A DNA stretch of 64,000 bases from Candidatus Paceibacter sp. GTDB taxonomy: Bacteria > Patescibacteriota > Patescibacteriia > Magasanikbacterales > UBA922. A program made the position numbers and the translations under genes. This document shows positions 45,621 through 55,071 of this stretch, in pieces (positions within the stretch are counted from its first letter, which is position 1; every line of letters begins with the position of its first letter). A model generated the notes under the pieces. That model made no database searches. It saw only the letters and a list, made by a program, of their open reading frames with translations, and had not been told where the DNA came from. The DNA is taken from positions 1,504 through 65,503 of the forward strand of contig DYFM01000001.1 in assembly GCA_020725175.1 (NCBI GenBank), given 5' to 3'.

Positions 45621-48149
45621 ATGTCACCAGGAGATACGGAATATCGTATACATTCGTTTATTCCTGATACGAATGTTTCAAAGGAACAAGAAAACAGAGA
45701 AAGAAGAGTGTCACGATCTTTTGTGACACAATCTTTGCGTTCTGAGGTAATAGAGCCGCACCTTAAGAAGTTATTGGAAACTCATCCGGAGCAAGATGTG
45801 ATTGATGTGTTGGTTGATACTGATTTGACTTCAGTTATGCTGATAGAAAAAGGCTTTGAATCTGTTAATGCCGGGCAGGTGATGCCAACAGGAGGAGAGG
45901 CGGATCAGGGGGAGGATTTTGAGACAGCCGCTTTACGACGGAAGTTTGAAGAAACGCATTTACGGCCGGTAGAAGGAAAGAGACTTGGGAAAATGACTTA
46001 TACATTGAAACATCCATCAAAAGGTGATCGAGATTTACGTGTGCAGTATTTTTCTTTTCATATTTTACCAACCGATGTTTCGTATGCCCATGACCCAGAA
46101 GGAGATAAGATCGGCGGAGTAGTACGACTTACTATTGAGCAGGCTATAGAGCTACTTCAAAAGAATAAACTTTCTTCAAAACAAATATTTTTACTAGAAG
46201 CAGAAACTGGATACGAATCTGCCGAAGAGGTAGCATTGTTGGATAGTTTGCGAACAGTTCGTGAGGATGAAAATGATATAGTAAAGAATGTTAAGCCACA
46301 TGAAGTGGAGCAAATTCAAATTTCTTTCTTACTAGATATTGTTAAAAAAGAAACTGAAAAAAAGAAATCATTGTTACGACAAATTTTGGCAATAAATTCT
46401 TCAAAATTTAGTACTGATGAGATAGAAGAATTGAATACGAAGATAGATCAAAGCAAAGATCAGGTGCAAACACGTAAATGCCTGCGAGAAATACTGGAAA
46501 GCCTGCAGAAAAAGGGATTGTCAAATGAAGATGTTTTTAATACTTATATAGCTGCTATTGATCTGAGTAACTTTGAAGAAGAAGTTGCAGACAAACACGC
46601 TGGTCTTTCAAAGATAGAAGCCCTGTCCCGGTTTATGTTTACCCTGTTAGAAACACGGTATGATTTTGATACTTATATTTCTATCGCAGAAAAGAATCCT
46701 TTTTTAAAGGAATTTATCGGAAAGTTGAGAAATTTTGCTGCCGCAGTAGAAAAGACTGCAAAAAGAAATGGATTAACAGGTAAAAGCCTTCCTCTCTCAG
46801 CTCAACTTGCTTATATTCATGAGTTAGGCGATGGACAGTTAGAAGTACTTTTTATGGACCACTTTTTTTTGACAGATCATGAGCGCGAGGGTGTAGAGCA
46901 ACTGCCTCGAAAAGTGAAAGCGTCTCAGAAACAGGCTCATGATTTTTTTCGGCAGGTAAAGTTGGAGGTGAACAAATTTAATCAAAGTATTGTGCAGAGT
47001 ATACGTCCAGAGTCTGGAGTGACGCACAATGTAAAATTGTTGGAACAGATGCATGAGGTGGAAGAAGCATCGGTAGCAAATCTTATTCGATTAAGTTTTT
47101 CAAATACCTTACCACCAGACGTGTTAAGGAGGTTTGTTCCTAAAGGCAAAAGAAAGACCAATGAAGAAAGAGAAAAAATTAAACATTTAATAAAACGTTA
47201 TAAATTTGAATGTCGAAGAAAACTGATGGACATGTATTTATTTTATGAGCCAAATGAATTTTTTCGGCAGGTACAAACTGAGAATCGTCCGGTGCAAAAC
47301 CAGGTTTGGAATAAAATTTCCAGTTTTCCAATATACCAAATATTTGTGCGACTTGAAAAAGATGGTACTGATCTGCGAGCAGTAGAGGTACTAGATTCTG
47401 ATGTAAATCCTGAGGAAAGCAAGAATATTTTAGTGGTTGATGTACGCGCATACAAAACTGATCGAGGCTTTTATTATGTTCACCAAAATGGACTTCCGAA
47501 AGAAATTGAATCATTTATGAGAAAGCTAATGGTAAGAGGGTATGATAATTATGAACAGGTTGAAGATATTCATCGTCGGGCAATTGTGCTTTTTGGCGGT
47601 GAGAATGAAGAAACGAGGCAGCGTTTGCATGAAAGAGAAAACGTCGTCTTTTCAGTGAGCGAATTAGATCCGCAAATTGTAAAAGACAAGACAGCCTCGG
47701 AACAAGAGGTGGAAGACGTGGCTGCAGTTTTTGATATTATTCGTGCTTTGAAAAAAATTCCGGGCGTAAAAATAAAAAACTATCGACCTACCAACAAGCC
47801 TGGAGAAACATATAAAAGTAAAAGTGTCGGTGGTGGTGGAAAAGTAGTGTTTGCGAAGTTGTATATTGAGTACACACCTCCTGGCGAAGTAAAGACATAT
47901 CATGAAGAGGTGATGCTTTTTTCTCCCACACCAAAAGAGGGGGGGTTTTCGGAGCAATCAGCCTATTTTTGGTTTGAATTCAAAAAAGCCGATGACAAAA
48001 AGTACGCTTTTTCTCGACTTCTTTCCACTAAGTCACTGCGCTCATTTATTGACCTTCGATATCCGCCACAGATATATGGAAAGCCGGTTCGGCAAGTTGT
48101 TGGAAGATTTATAGAAACACAGAAGCAAAAGAGAAAGGGAAAAGATTAA
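45621..48149 (+). CDS. 842-aa protein: N-terminal Nudix domain, helical middle, possible RelA/SpoT-type nucleotidyltransferase C-terminus
   Basis: Nudix box GEADQGEDFETAALRRKFEETHL; later PKEIESFMRKLMVRG...VEDIHRRAIVL and KLYIEY...HEEVML. Confidence 0.55.
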   Translation: MSPGDTEYRIHSFIPDTNVSKEQENRERRVSRSFVTQSLRSEVIEPHLKKLLETHPEQDVIDVLVDTDLTSVMLIEKGFESVNAGQVMPTGGEADQGEDFETAALRRKFEETHLRPVEGKRLGKMTYTLKHPSKGDRDLRVQYFSFHILPTDVSYAHDPEGDKIGGVVRLTIEQAIELLQKNKLSSKQIFLLEAETGYESAEEVALLDSLRTVREDENDIVKNVKPHEVEQIQISFLLDIVKKETEKKKSLLRQILAINSSKFSTDEIEELNTKIDQSKDQVQTRKCLREILESLQKKGLSNEDVFNTYIAAIDLSNFEEEVADKHAGLSKIEALSRFMFTLLETRYDFDTYISIAEKNPFLKEFIGKLRNFAAAVEKTAKRNGLTGKSLPLSAQLAYIHELGDGQLEVLFMDHFFLTDHEREGVEQLPRKVKASQKQAHDFFRQVKLEVNKFNQSIVQSIRPESGVTHNVKLLEQMHEVEEASVANLIRLSFSNTLPPDVLRRFVPKGKRKTNEEREKIKHLIKRYKFECRRKLMDMYLFYEPNEFFRQVQTENRPVQNQVWNKISSFPIYQIFVRLEKDGTDLRAVEVLDSDVNPEESKNILVVDVRAYKTDRGFYYVHQNGLPKEIESFMRKLMVRGYDNYEQVEDIHRRAIVLFGGENEETRQRLHERENVVFSVSELDPQIVKDKTASEQEVEDVAAVFDIIRALKKIPGVKIKNYRPTNKPGETYKSKSVGGGGKVVFAKLYIEYTPPGEVKTYHEEVMLFSPTPKEGGFSEQSAYFWFEFKKADDKKYAFSRLLSTKSLRSFIDLRYPPQIYGKPVRQVVGRFIETQKQKRKGKD

Positions 48150-48193
48150 AAAAAGTCTAAGTTCTGAACAATTGAAGGAGATAATTATACTGT

Positions 48194-49624
48194 ATGCCAT
48201 CATCAATTCCTCTCACCCTCACCTACGACGATGTTCTTCTCGTGCCAAAACGCACACCGCTTGCGTCCCGATCGGAAGCAGATATTCGTAGTCGCTTTAC
48301 GAAACATATTTGGCTGAACACTCCTTTCGTCAGTGCCAATATGGCAACCGTGACGGAACATAAAACCGCCATTGCTTTGGCACGAGAAGGTGGACTTGGG
48401 ACTATTCATCAGTTCGGCACCATCGCTGAGCAAGTGCAAGAAGTAAGGCGAGTAAAACGCAGTACCAGTTATGTGGTGGAAGATCCGGTAACTATTCATG
48501 TCTGGGCTACGCTTAAAGAAGCCAGAGATCTCATGGAACAAAAAGAAGTAACCAGTCTCATAGTCATGAGTGGGGAAGATTTGGTAGGGCTTCTTACGCA
48601 TCGAGATTATACCTTTGAGACCGATGGGAATCGATTAATTCGAGAACTCATGACCCCGCGAGAGCGACTTATTACCGCTGATTACGGTATCACGCAAGAC
48701 GCGGCGAAAGATATTTTTCGTACCTACAAAGTGGAAAAGTTACCGCTACTCGAACAGGGAAAACTGCGTGGACTTATTACTACAAAAGATATCAAGCGAA
48801 TGGAACACTGGCCATTGGCATCCCGAGACGCGAAAGGACGGCTCATGGTGGCCGGGGCGGTGGGGGTAAAAGATTCACTGGAGCGAACCGAAGCATTGAT
48901 TCGAGCCGGGGTGGACGTTATTGTCATGGACATTGCCCACGCGCATTCTGATCTCATGATCAAACAACTTCGTGAAGTAAAATCTAGTTTTTCTATTGAT
49001 GTAATGGTTGGAAACATTGCTACTGCCGCGGCAGCTCATGACCTTGTTGAGGCTGGGGCTGATGGGCTAAAAGTAGGAATTGGACCTTCGCCAGTGTGTA
49101 CCACCAGAATTATGTCAGGCGCTGGCTATCCACAGCTGAGTGCTGTTATGAATGTGGTGTCGGTTGCTAAAGAACATGATGTGCCGGTAACGGCCGATGG
49201 TGGAATGAAATATCCGGGTGATGTAGTAAAAGCTATTGCCGCCGGAGCGAGTAGTATTTTTTCCGGTTCTTTTTTTGCCGGTACAGATGAGGCTCCCGGT
49301 ATTATTATCATGAAAGACGGAAAACGCTATAAACGCTACGCTGGCAGTGCATCATACGAAAGTGGACATGCGAGAAAAGAGCGTGATGAAGGGCGACAGC
49401 TCAAAGAAAATATCGATGTTTTTGTGGAAGGGGTTTCGGTATTGGTTGATTATAAAGGCTCAGTTTCTGATGTTGTGCGGGGATTGAAAAAGGGACTGCA
49501 AAGTGGAATAAGTTACTGTGGTGGAAGAAATATCGAGGAAATGCAAACGAACGCGGAGTTTATCCAAATTACGTCTAGTGGATGGGTAGAGTCGGGTTCA
49601 AGAGGGATGAAGGTGATGGAGTGA
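48194..49624 (+). CDS. guaB: IMP dehydrogenase (GuaB/GMP reductase family, with CBS domains)
   Basis: LTYDDVLLVP, SANM.TVTE, DIAHAH, KVGIGPSPVCTTR, ADGG, VEGVS; AAGGAG Shine-Dalgarno. Confidence 0.88.
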   Translation: MPSSIPLTLTYDDVLLVPKRTPLASRSEADIRSRFTKHIWLNTPFVSANMATVTEHKTAIALAREGGLGTIHQFGTIAEQVQEVRRVKRSTSYVVEDPVTIHVWATLKEARDLMEQKEVTSLIVMSGEDLVGLLTHRDYTFETDGNRLIRELMTPRERLITADYGITQDAAKDIFRTYKVEKLPLLEQGKLRGLITTKDIKRMEHWPLASRDAKGRLMVAGAVGVKDSLERTEALIRAGVDVIVMDIAHAHSDLMIKQLREVKSSFSIDVMVGNIATAAAAHDLVEAGADGLKVGIGPSPVCTTRIMSGAGYPQLSAVMNVVSVAKEHDVPVTADGGMKYPGDVVKAIAAGASSIFSGSFFAGTDEAPGIIIMKDGKRYKRYAGSASYESGHARKERDEGRQLKENIDVFVEGVSVLVDYKGSVSDVVRGLKKGLQSGISYCGGRNIEEMQTNAEFIQITSSGWVESGSRGMKVME

Positions 49625-49635
49625 GTGAGAAGCAA

Positions 49636-49670
49636 TTAAAACGTATAAAACTAATAAAACCTATAAAACA
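49636..49670 (+). repeat. Nonamer TAAAAC-type tandem array after guaB
   Basis: ttaaaacgt ataaaacta ataaaacct ataaaaca; a similar degenerate array lies at about 7455-7520. Confidence 0.7.
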
Positions 49671-49787
49671 GTTAAGAGTTTGATAACAAGTAAAAATCCC
49701 TCTTGATGTGGGATTTTTTTTACAAAAAAAACAGATCCGCCGCCATTAGTCGAATCCGTTCAATTCGAAGGTCTATGTATATGGATC

Positions 49788-51134
49788 TCACGAATGCTTT
49801 ATCAACTCCTCAATATTCTTCACAGAAAAAATTTTCAACTGAGTCGTTGGTAATTTCATTTGCGCTTTTGACGCCATAATGACTCGTTTCATACCCAACC
49901 CTTCCGCTTCTTTCAACCTCTTTTCCGTAAACGTCACGCTTCGTACCTCTCCGCCAAGACCCACTTCACCAAAGACCAGTAAATCTTTACCTAGAGCTTT
50001 GTCTTTATAACTTGAGGCAATTGCAAGGCACACCGCCAGATCAACCGCGGGTTCATTGGCACGAATTCCGCCGGCGACATTTAGATGAATATCATATTGT
50101 GCCAAATTGAGACCAGCTCGTTTTTGAAGGACAGCGGTCAGCACATGAAGACGATTCAGGTCAAACCCACTTGATTTTCGAATAGGGAATCCGAAAGCTG
50201 TTTTACTGACGAGCGCCTGGACTTCGACGAGCATGGGTCGAGTACCTTCCATAAGACAAGTAATAATAGTGCCTGGTGTTGATTCACTTCCTTCATCAAG
50301 GAAACTCGCTGAGGGATTTTTTACTTCTTTTAGGCCGGTTTCCTGCATTTCAAAAATACCTACTTCATCGGTTGAGCCAAAACGATTTTTGACAGTGCGA
50401 AGAATGCGGTAATTATTGTGTTTCCGGCCTTCAAGGTAGAGGACGGTATCCACCAAATGTTCCAGTGTTTTTGGTCCGGCAACGGTCCCTTCTTTTGTCA
50501 CATGGCCAATAATGATTACTGCAGTATTGGTTGATTTTGCTACATCTAGGAGTGTTGCGGTACATGCTCGTACTTGTGTCATACTGCCGGTTTCACCGGT
50601 CGCCTCGTCAGTTGAGATGGTTTGAACAGAATCTACGATGACAAGGGCAGGGGAGAGTTGTCGGATGGTGGCCGAGATGGCATCGACATTTGTTTCATTG
50701 GCCAGACGAAGTGTTGGCGCGGTAATTCCAAGTCGATCAGCGCGAAGCTTGATTTGCTCGATTGATTCTTCTCCGGAAACATAGAGGGTATTAGGAATGA
50801 CTGTAGCGAGTTGAATGGAGAGGGTTGATTTACCGATACCTGGTTCGCCACCAAGAAGTATCAGGCTCCCGGGCACAATCCCTCCACCGAGAACTCGATC
50901 CAATTCAGTAATGTTTGTTTTCGACCGTTGTACTTCTTTTCCTTTCAACTCACTAAATGCCACTGTTTTTACTGGTGCTGCTTTTGGTACCTCGATCTTT
51001 TGTTTACTGACCACTGTCCCTTGTTCACTGATACTACCCCATTTTCCACATTCCAAACAACGACCGGCCCATTTTTTGAATTGGGCGTCGCAGTTGGTGC
51101 AGGTGAAGACGAGATTGAGAGTGGGTTTGGACAT
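49788..51134 (-). CDS. radA: DNA repair protein RadA/Sms
   Basis: CTNC...CLECG zinc finger, GGEPGIGKSTL, GHVTKEG, KNRFG, GEVGLGGEVR. Confidence 0.97.
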   Translation of the reverse strand: MSKPTLNLVFTCTNCDAQFKKWAGRCLECGKWGSISEQGTVVSKQKIEVPKAAPVKTVAFSELKGKEVQRSKTNITELDRVLGGGIVPGSLILLGGEPGIGKSTLSIQLATVIPNTLYVSGEESIEQIKLRADRLGITAPTLRLANETNVDAISATIRQLSPALVIVDSVQTISTDEATGETGSMTQVRACTATLLDVAKSTNTAVIIIGHVTKEGTVAGPKTLEHLVDTVLYLEGRKHNNYRILRTVKNRFGSTDEVGIFEMQETGLKEVKNPSASFLDEGSESTPGTIITCLMEGTRPMLVEVQALVSKTAFGFPIRKSSGFDLNRLHVLTAVLQKRAGLNLAQYDIHLNVAGGIRANEPAVDLAVCLAIASSYKDKALGKDLLVFGEVGLGGEVRSVTFTEKRLKEAEGLGMKRVIMASKAQMKLPTTQLKIFSVKNIEELIKHS

Positions 51135-51190
51135 GTAGTTTGGTGTTATACGAATATCCGGATGACGCAGATATGCGGATATAGTTGTTA

Positions 51191-53107
51191 TTATAATTTA
51201 CTCCCAATTGGACATTGGGTAATATTCTTTGGTCCTGCAAATTCAGTCACTCCGAGGGATCGAATTTTCACAACAATCTTTTGAACATATCCTTTTGATG
51301 CACCGTTGAATATTTTCTTTCCAGCATAGGTGCTTCCTTCTGGCCAAAGACCATCAGGCCACTGGTTGGTATTACAGCTAAAACGATTGATTGCCGCTCC
51401 AAGTGCACCTGGTCCGCTACTGTGCCCAAAGTATAACATGAATACCTTATCATCTAGTGAGGAATTAGGACATTTTTTATTAATTTTCTGAAAGCTAGCT
51501 TGTGTAACAAGAATGCCGTAAGCGCTATTGACCTCCGGGTTTTTTAACCCGTCACGAGTGGAGCAGTGTTGGGCAAGATCGACTTTTGCAAGCACGGGTC
51601 GACATTGCCATCCACCTGTTTTTTTACCGATTTTTGGAAATCCCCACATTGCTTGAAACAAACCGGTTGCGCTAGACTTCGGATTTTCTGCATTTGGGTT
51701 GAGGGCTGATTCGTGGTGTGCCATAGCTTTCAGTAATTGCCAATTTATTCCAATACAGGCTGCAAATTTTTGGAATAATTGATCAAATTCTGTTGTTCCA
51801 AAAGGTTTTCCTCCTCCAGTATACGCACTCGCATCAAATTCACCTTTTTCCTCAGCATAAAAATCCATATTGTCGAGAGACTTTCCTTGTATATATTGAA
51901 TTTTGAGATTGCGAAATTGAACCAAATTGGGATTGAGTGTGTAGAGTATGGTATAGGACAAAATGGCAAAAAATAATCCGATAATAGCGCCTGCAATTTT
52001 TTTCTTGGCCGAGCTAATACTGTCACTACTACTCCCAGATATCATCCATTGAAAGCCACCAAAAATAATCATGATAATTGATATGATTCCAGCAGCAGCA
52101 ATGGCGTATCGGTAGAGCGCGAGTATGTAGTCACCGATAAAGGGGAGATAAGCATAGAATCCTCCGTCTACGTCACCTTCTTCAGGTATATAAACACCAC
52201 CAAATTGTAAACCAGGAACAATTATCTGGGGCTGTGGACATTTGATCTGTGGTTTTGTTTCAGAGGTATATTCCTGTGTATCAAATACCGCATCAATCAT
52301 ACTGCCGGTTTTTGGGTCTTGATCCGAGCAAGGGAAATAACCGGTGGGGATGGGGGTAACGGTACTGGCAGGTGACTGTTGACCGAGCGTTGAGGCGTCA
52401 AATCCAGCGGAATCTGGTCCTGGGGTATATCCACCATAGGCTTGTTGCATAAGAAGCGCAAACATAACCTCTTGCCCTGTTTTGTTTAGGTGAAGATGGT
52501 CGCCAGAATCAAACTGACTATCTATGGTATCATCGTTATCTTTATCAACGTTACTATAGACATCAATGTAACTATCAATACCATAAGGTTTTCCGGCGAG
52601 CCAGGCATTATTGGCTTTGATGTTGTCTCCCCATGTTTGTGTCCAGCTATTATATCCCTTAAATGGTTGTGCCCCCATGATAATTATTTTGCTTCCTTCC
52701 GATTTTGCAGACTGTATAATCGTTGTAAGATTTTTTTGTGTATTTTGGAGACCAGTTGTGTTATTAAGCCCGTTTAGGCCGCCGTAAAGTATAATTTCAC
52801 TGAATCCTTTTCCTTTTACTTTAGTATTGTACTGATCCAGAAAAAATGATGAGCTGGATCCTGATTTTGCAAAACATTCAAACGCTTTGTCCGGAAGTGC
52901 TTTTTTGAGTTTTTCCACAAAACCTCCTGAACTACATCCACCAACAAAACTTGATGACCCGATGACGGCGGTTTTGGTGGTGGCACGAACAGTATTTGGG
53001 AAATACGCAATGAATAATAGAAAAAGAAATATATATATAACTTTGTTTTTTTTTCCACGCTGAATAGATCTAATAAATTGGAATAGCTCTTCTAAATTTT
53101 TTTTCAT
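51191..53107 (-). CDS. SGNH hydrolase + VirB2/TrbC-like pilin hairpin + lytic transglycosylase (SLT) fusion
   Basis: Signal/TM segment; IGSS, GLNG, GDHLHLN (SGNH blocks); IIFGGFQWMISG...AKKKIAGAIIGL...LNPNL (pilin); AMAHHESALNPNA...ATGLFQ (SLT). Confidence 0.8.
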   Translation of the reverse strand: MKKNLEELFQFIRSIQRGKKNKVIYIFLFLLFIAYFPNTVRATTKTAVIGSSSFVGGCSSGGFVEKLKKALPDKAFECFAKSGSSSSFFLDQYNTKVKGKGFSEIILYGGLNGLNNTTGLQNTQKNLTTIIQSAKSEGSKIIIMGAQPFKGYNSWTQTWGDNIKANNAWLAGKPYGIDSYIDVYSNVDKDNDDTIDSQFDSGDHLHLNKTGQEVMFALLMQQAYGGYTPGPDSAGFDASTLGQQSPASTVTPIPTGYFPCSDQDPKTGSMIDAVFDTQEYTSETKPQIKCPQPQIIVPGLQFGGVYIPEEGDVDGGFYAYLPFIGDYILALYRYAIAAAGIISIIMIIFGGFQWMISGSSSDSISSAKKKIAGAIIGLFFAILSYTILYTLNPNLVQFRNLKIQYIQGKSLDNMDFYAEEKGEFDASAYTGGGKPFGTTEFDQLFQKFAACIGINWQLLKAMAHHESALNPNAENPKSSATGLFQAMWGFPKIGKKTGGWQCRPVLAKVDLAQHCSTRDGLKNPEVNSAYGILVTQASFQKINKKCPNSSLDDKVFMLYFGHSSGPGALGAAINRFSCNTNQWPDGLWPEGSTYAGKKIFNGASKGYVQKIVVKIRSLGVTEFAGPKNITQCPIGSKL

Positions 53108-53113
53108 AGAAAA

Positions 53114-54403
53114 TTATTCAAGACTCGGATCCCAACTACACTGACCTTTAGGATTATGTTGTGAAAGGTTAAAAGAAGTACCCATATATTTTCCGAGTTT
53201 GTTGAGTTTAAAATTTGGTGGATCATGGTGAGTGCCAAGTTCACAATGTCCTCGTACTGTAGTATCATTAATTGGAAAATTATATTTTTTACTCAATGCA
53301 ACAATGAGTTTTGCAATATTTTGGTACTGTTCTTCCGTATAAAAATAACCTTCAGAGTTTTTTTGATAATTTATATCAATCCCAATCGAGATTTTATTTT
53401 CACTACAACAGTGATTCATAACATGTAATTCATCTGCTAGTTGATATACTTCACCACTCGGAACAGCCGCATAATGTGAGCCAATTGGCACCTGATTGAC
53501 TGTTAATGGAAGACGATAAATTTTTTTAGTTGCCTTATCTTTTTTTGCTTTACCTAACTTGTAGTCATTGGCCCACATACTAATCATTCCTGATACGTTT
53601 TCTTTTGGGAATCCGAGGTGTAATATGACCATTTTTACATCAGAAGGAGGTCTTTTCGCATTTTTTGTTCTGGATGAAATATTGCAATCAAGTTGTCCTA
53701 GAAATTTTTTATTCGTATCAAATCCGGTTAAATTGCTAGGTGAGGAGGGTACAGGTACAGAACAATTTCTTGGGGGTTGAATGGTTCCATCGGGTCCTAT
53801 TATATTTGGTCCTGAATCAGAAGCAACATCATTAACATGACTATATGCTTCATCTGGTATTGGTTCAGCCTGCACATACAACACTTTCAAATTACGAAAC
53901 TTTACCAAATTTGGATTAATGGTAAAAAGAAAAAGATATGATCCAACAGCCAATAAAATACCGATGAGGGCGTGTTCGATCCGGGTTTTGGCTTTTGTGA
54001 TATTGTCGCTATTACCGGCACTTGTTACCCATTGAAAACCAGCTATTATAATCATAATAACTGACACAATCCCAATCGCCGCAATCACAAATCGGTAGAT
54101 GGCCGCGATATATTCACCGGCATAGGGAATTGAAATGTACTTGTTTCCTTCATCATCTTCGGTTGTTAAGTTTTCAACATTTGCTTCGGTAAATTTTTCG
54201 AGTCCTGGCAGCTTGATACGAAGCTGTGGCTGTTGTAGCATTGCATTGAGTTCACTTTCGGTTAATGGTTCGGAACCGGTAAACGCGTCACCTATCGCGT
54301 TCCCTGGGCCGTATTGGGCAAGTGCTGGGGAAGAATACAAAAAACAGATCGTGATGAGCGTCAAGACAATTACTCGAAAATGTTTATGAAAGAAAGGCAA
54401 CAT
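53114..54403 (-). CDS. VirB2/TrbC-like pilin hairpin + N-acetylmuramoyl-L-alanine amidase (Amidase_2) fusion
   Basis: IIAGFQWVTSAGN...AKTRIEHALIG...INPNL; VILH, SHY, GEVYQL, NH, SIGID, VRGH...HDP. Confidence 0.8.
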   Translation of the reverse strand: MLPFFHKHFRVIVLTLITICFLYSSPALAQYGPGNAIGDAFTGSEPLTESELNAMLQQPQLRIKLPGLEKFTEANVENLTTEDDEGNKYISIPYAGEYIAAIYRFVIAAIGIVSVIMIIIAGFQWVTSAGNSDNITKAKTRIEHALIGILLAVGSYLFLFTINPNLVKFRNLKVLYVQAEPIPDEAYSHVNDVASDSGPNIIGPDGTIQPPRNCSVPVPSSPSNLTGFDTNKKFLGQLDCNISSRTKNAKRPPSDVKMVILHLGFPKENVSGMISMWANDYKLGKAKKDKATKKIYRLPLTVNQVPIGSHYAAVPSGEVYQLADELHVMNHCCSENKISIGIDINYQKNSEGYFYTEEQYQNIAKLIVALSKKYNFPINDTTVRGHCELGTHHDPPNFKLNKLGKYMGTSFNLSQHNPKGQCSWDPSLE

Positions 54404-54406
54404 AGG

Positions 54407-55051
54407 TTATAACCCAAGAACAGTTTTCCAGCCGGCAAGTGACTGCGGAGGAGTGATTTGTTTGTTGTCTATAAAAATTGCCGGTACCGCTTGAACGTTG
54501 ACAGACATGGCAAGTGCTTCGGTATTTACAATATGTGTTTCTGTAGCGACATTATTGAGACACGTGGTTAGAAGTTCTTGATCCAGTTCTATTTGCGTGG
54601 CAATTTCTTGAAGCATTGTATCGGACAAGGATTCGTTGTTCGCGTACGCAAAATCCTTGAAGGTGACAAATTTTCCTTGGAGATTGGCACAGTAGGCGTA
54701 TTGGTGAGCAAGGCGGGCATTATGTGGAAAACGTGCCACTGGAAGTCCTTTCCAGATTACCTTGATTTTACCAGGATATTCTCGTTCTATTTCTGATAAG
54801 AAATAATCTTGTTGTTTACATCCTTCACAACTAAAATCTTCAAACACAACAATTGTTTTAGCGGCTGCTTTGTTTCCGATAATCGGATCGCCTGGAAGAA
54901 TCGGGAGTAGTGTTGGGGTTTCTGAAGTTTGTTCTTCTTCTGGTAGTTTAGGGAAGAGGGGACGATATTGTACCACTTCAATAAAAAGTGCCAGTCCCGC
55001 AATAAGAATGGCCGGAATAAAGATGGTGAGGATGTGTTTTGTGTTCAGCAT
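54407..55051 (-). CDS. DsbA/thioredoxin-fold membrane-anchored oxidoreductase
   Basis: N-terminal TM segment, FEDFSCEGC (CxxC), cis-Pro motif VPAIFI. Confidence 0.85.
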   Translation of the reverse strand: MLNTKHILTIFIPAILIAGLALFIEVVQYRPLFPKLPEEEQTSETPTLLPILPGDPIIGNKAAAKTIVVFEDFSCEGCKQQDYFLSEIEREYPGKIKVIWKGLPVARFPHNARLAHQYAYCANLQGKFVTFKDFAYANNESLSDTMLQEIATQIELDQELLTTCLNNVATETHIVNTEALAMSVNVQAVPAIFIDNKQITPPQSLAGWKTVLGL

Positions 55052-55071
55052 ACACGTACAATAGTTGAGCT

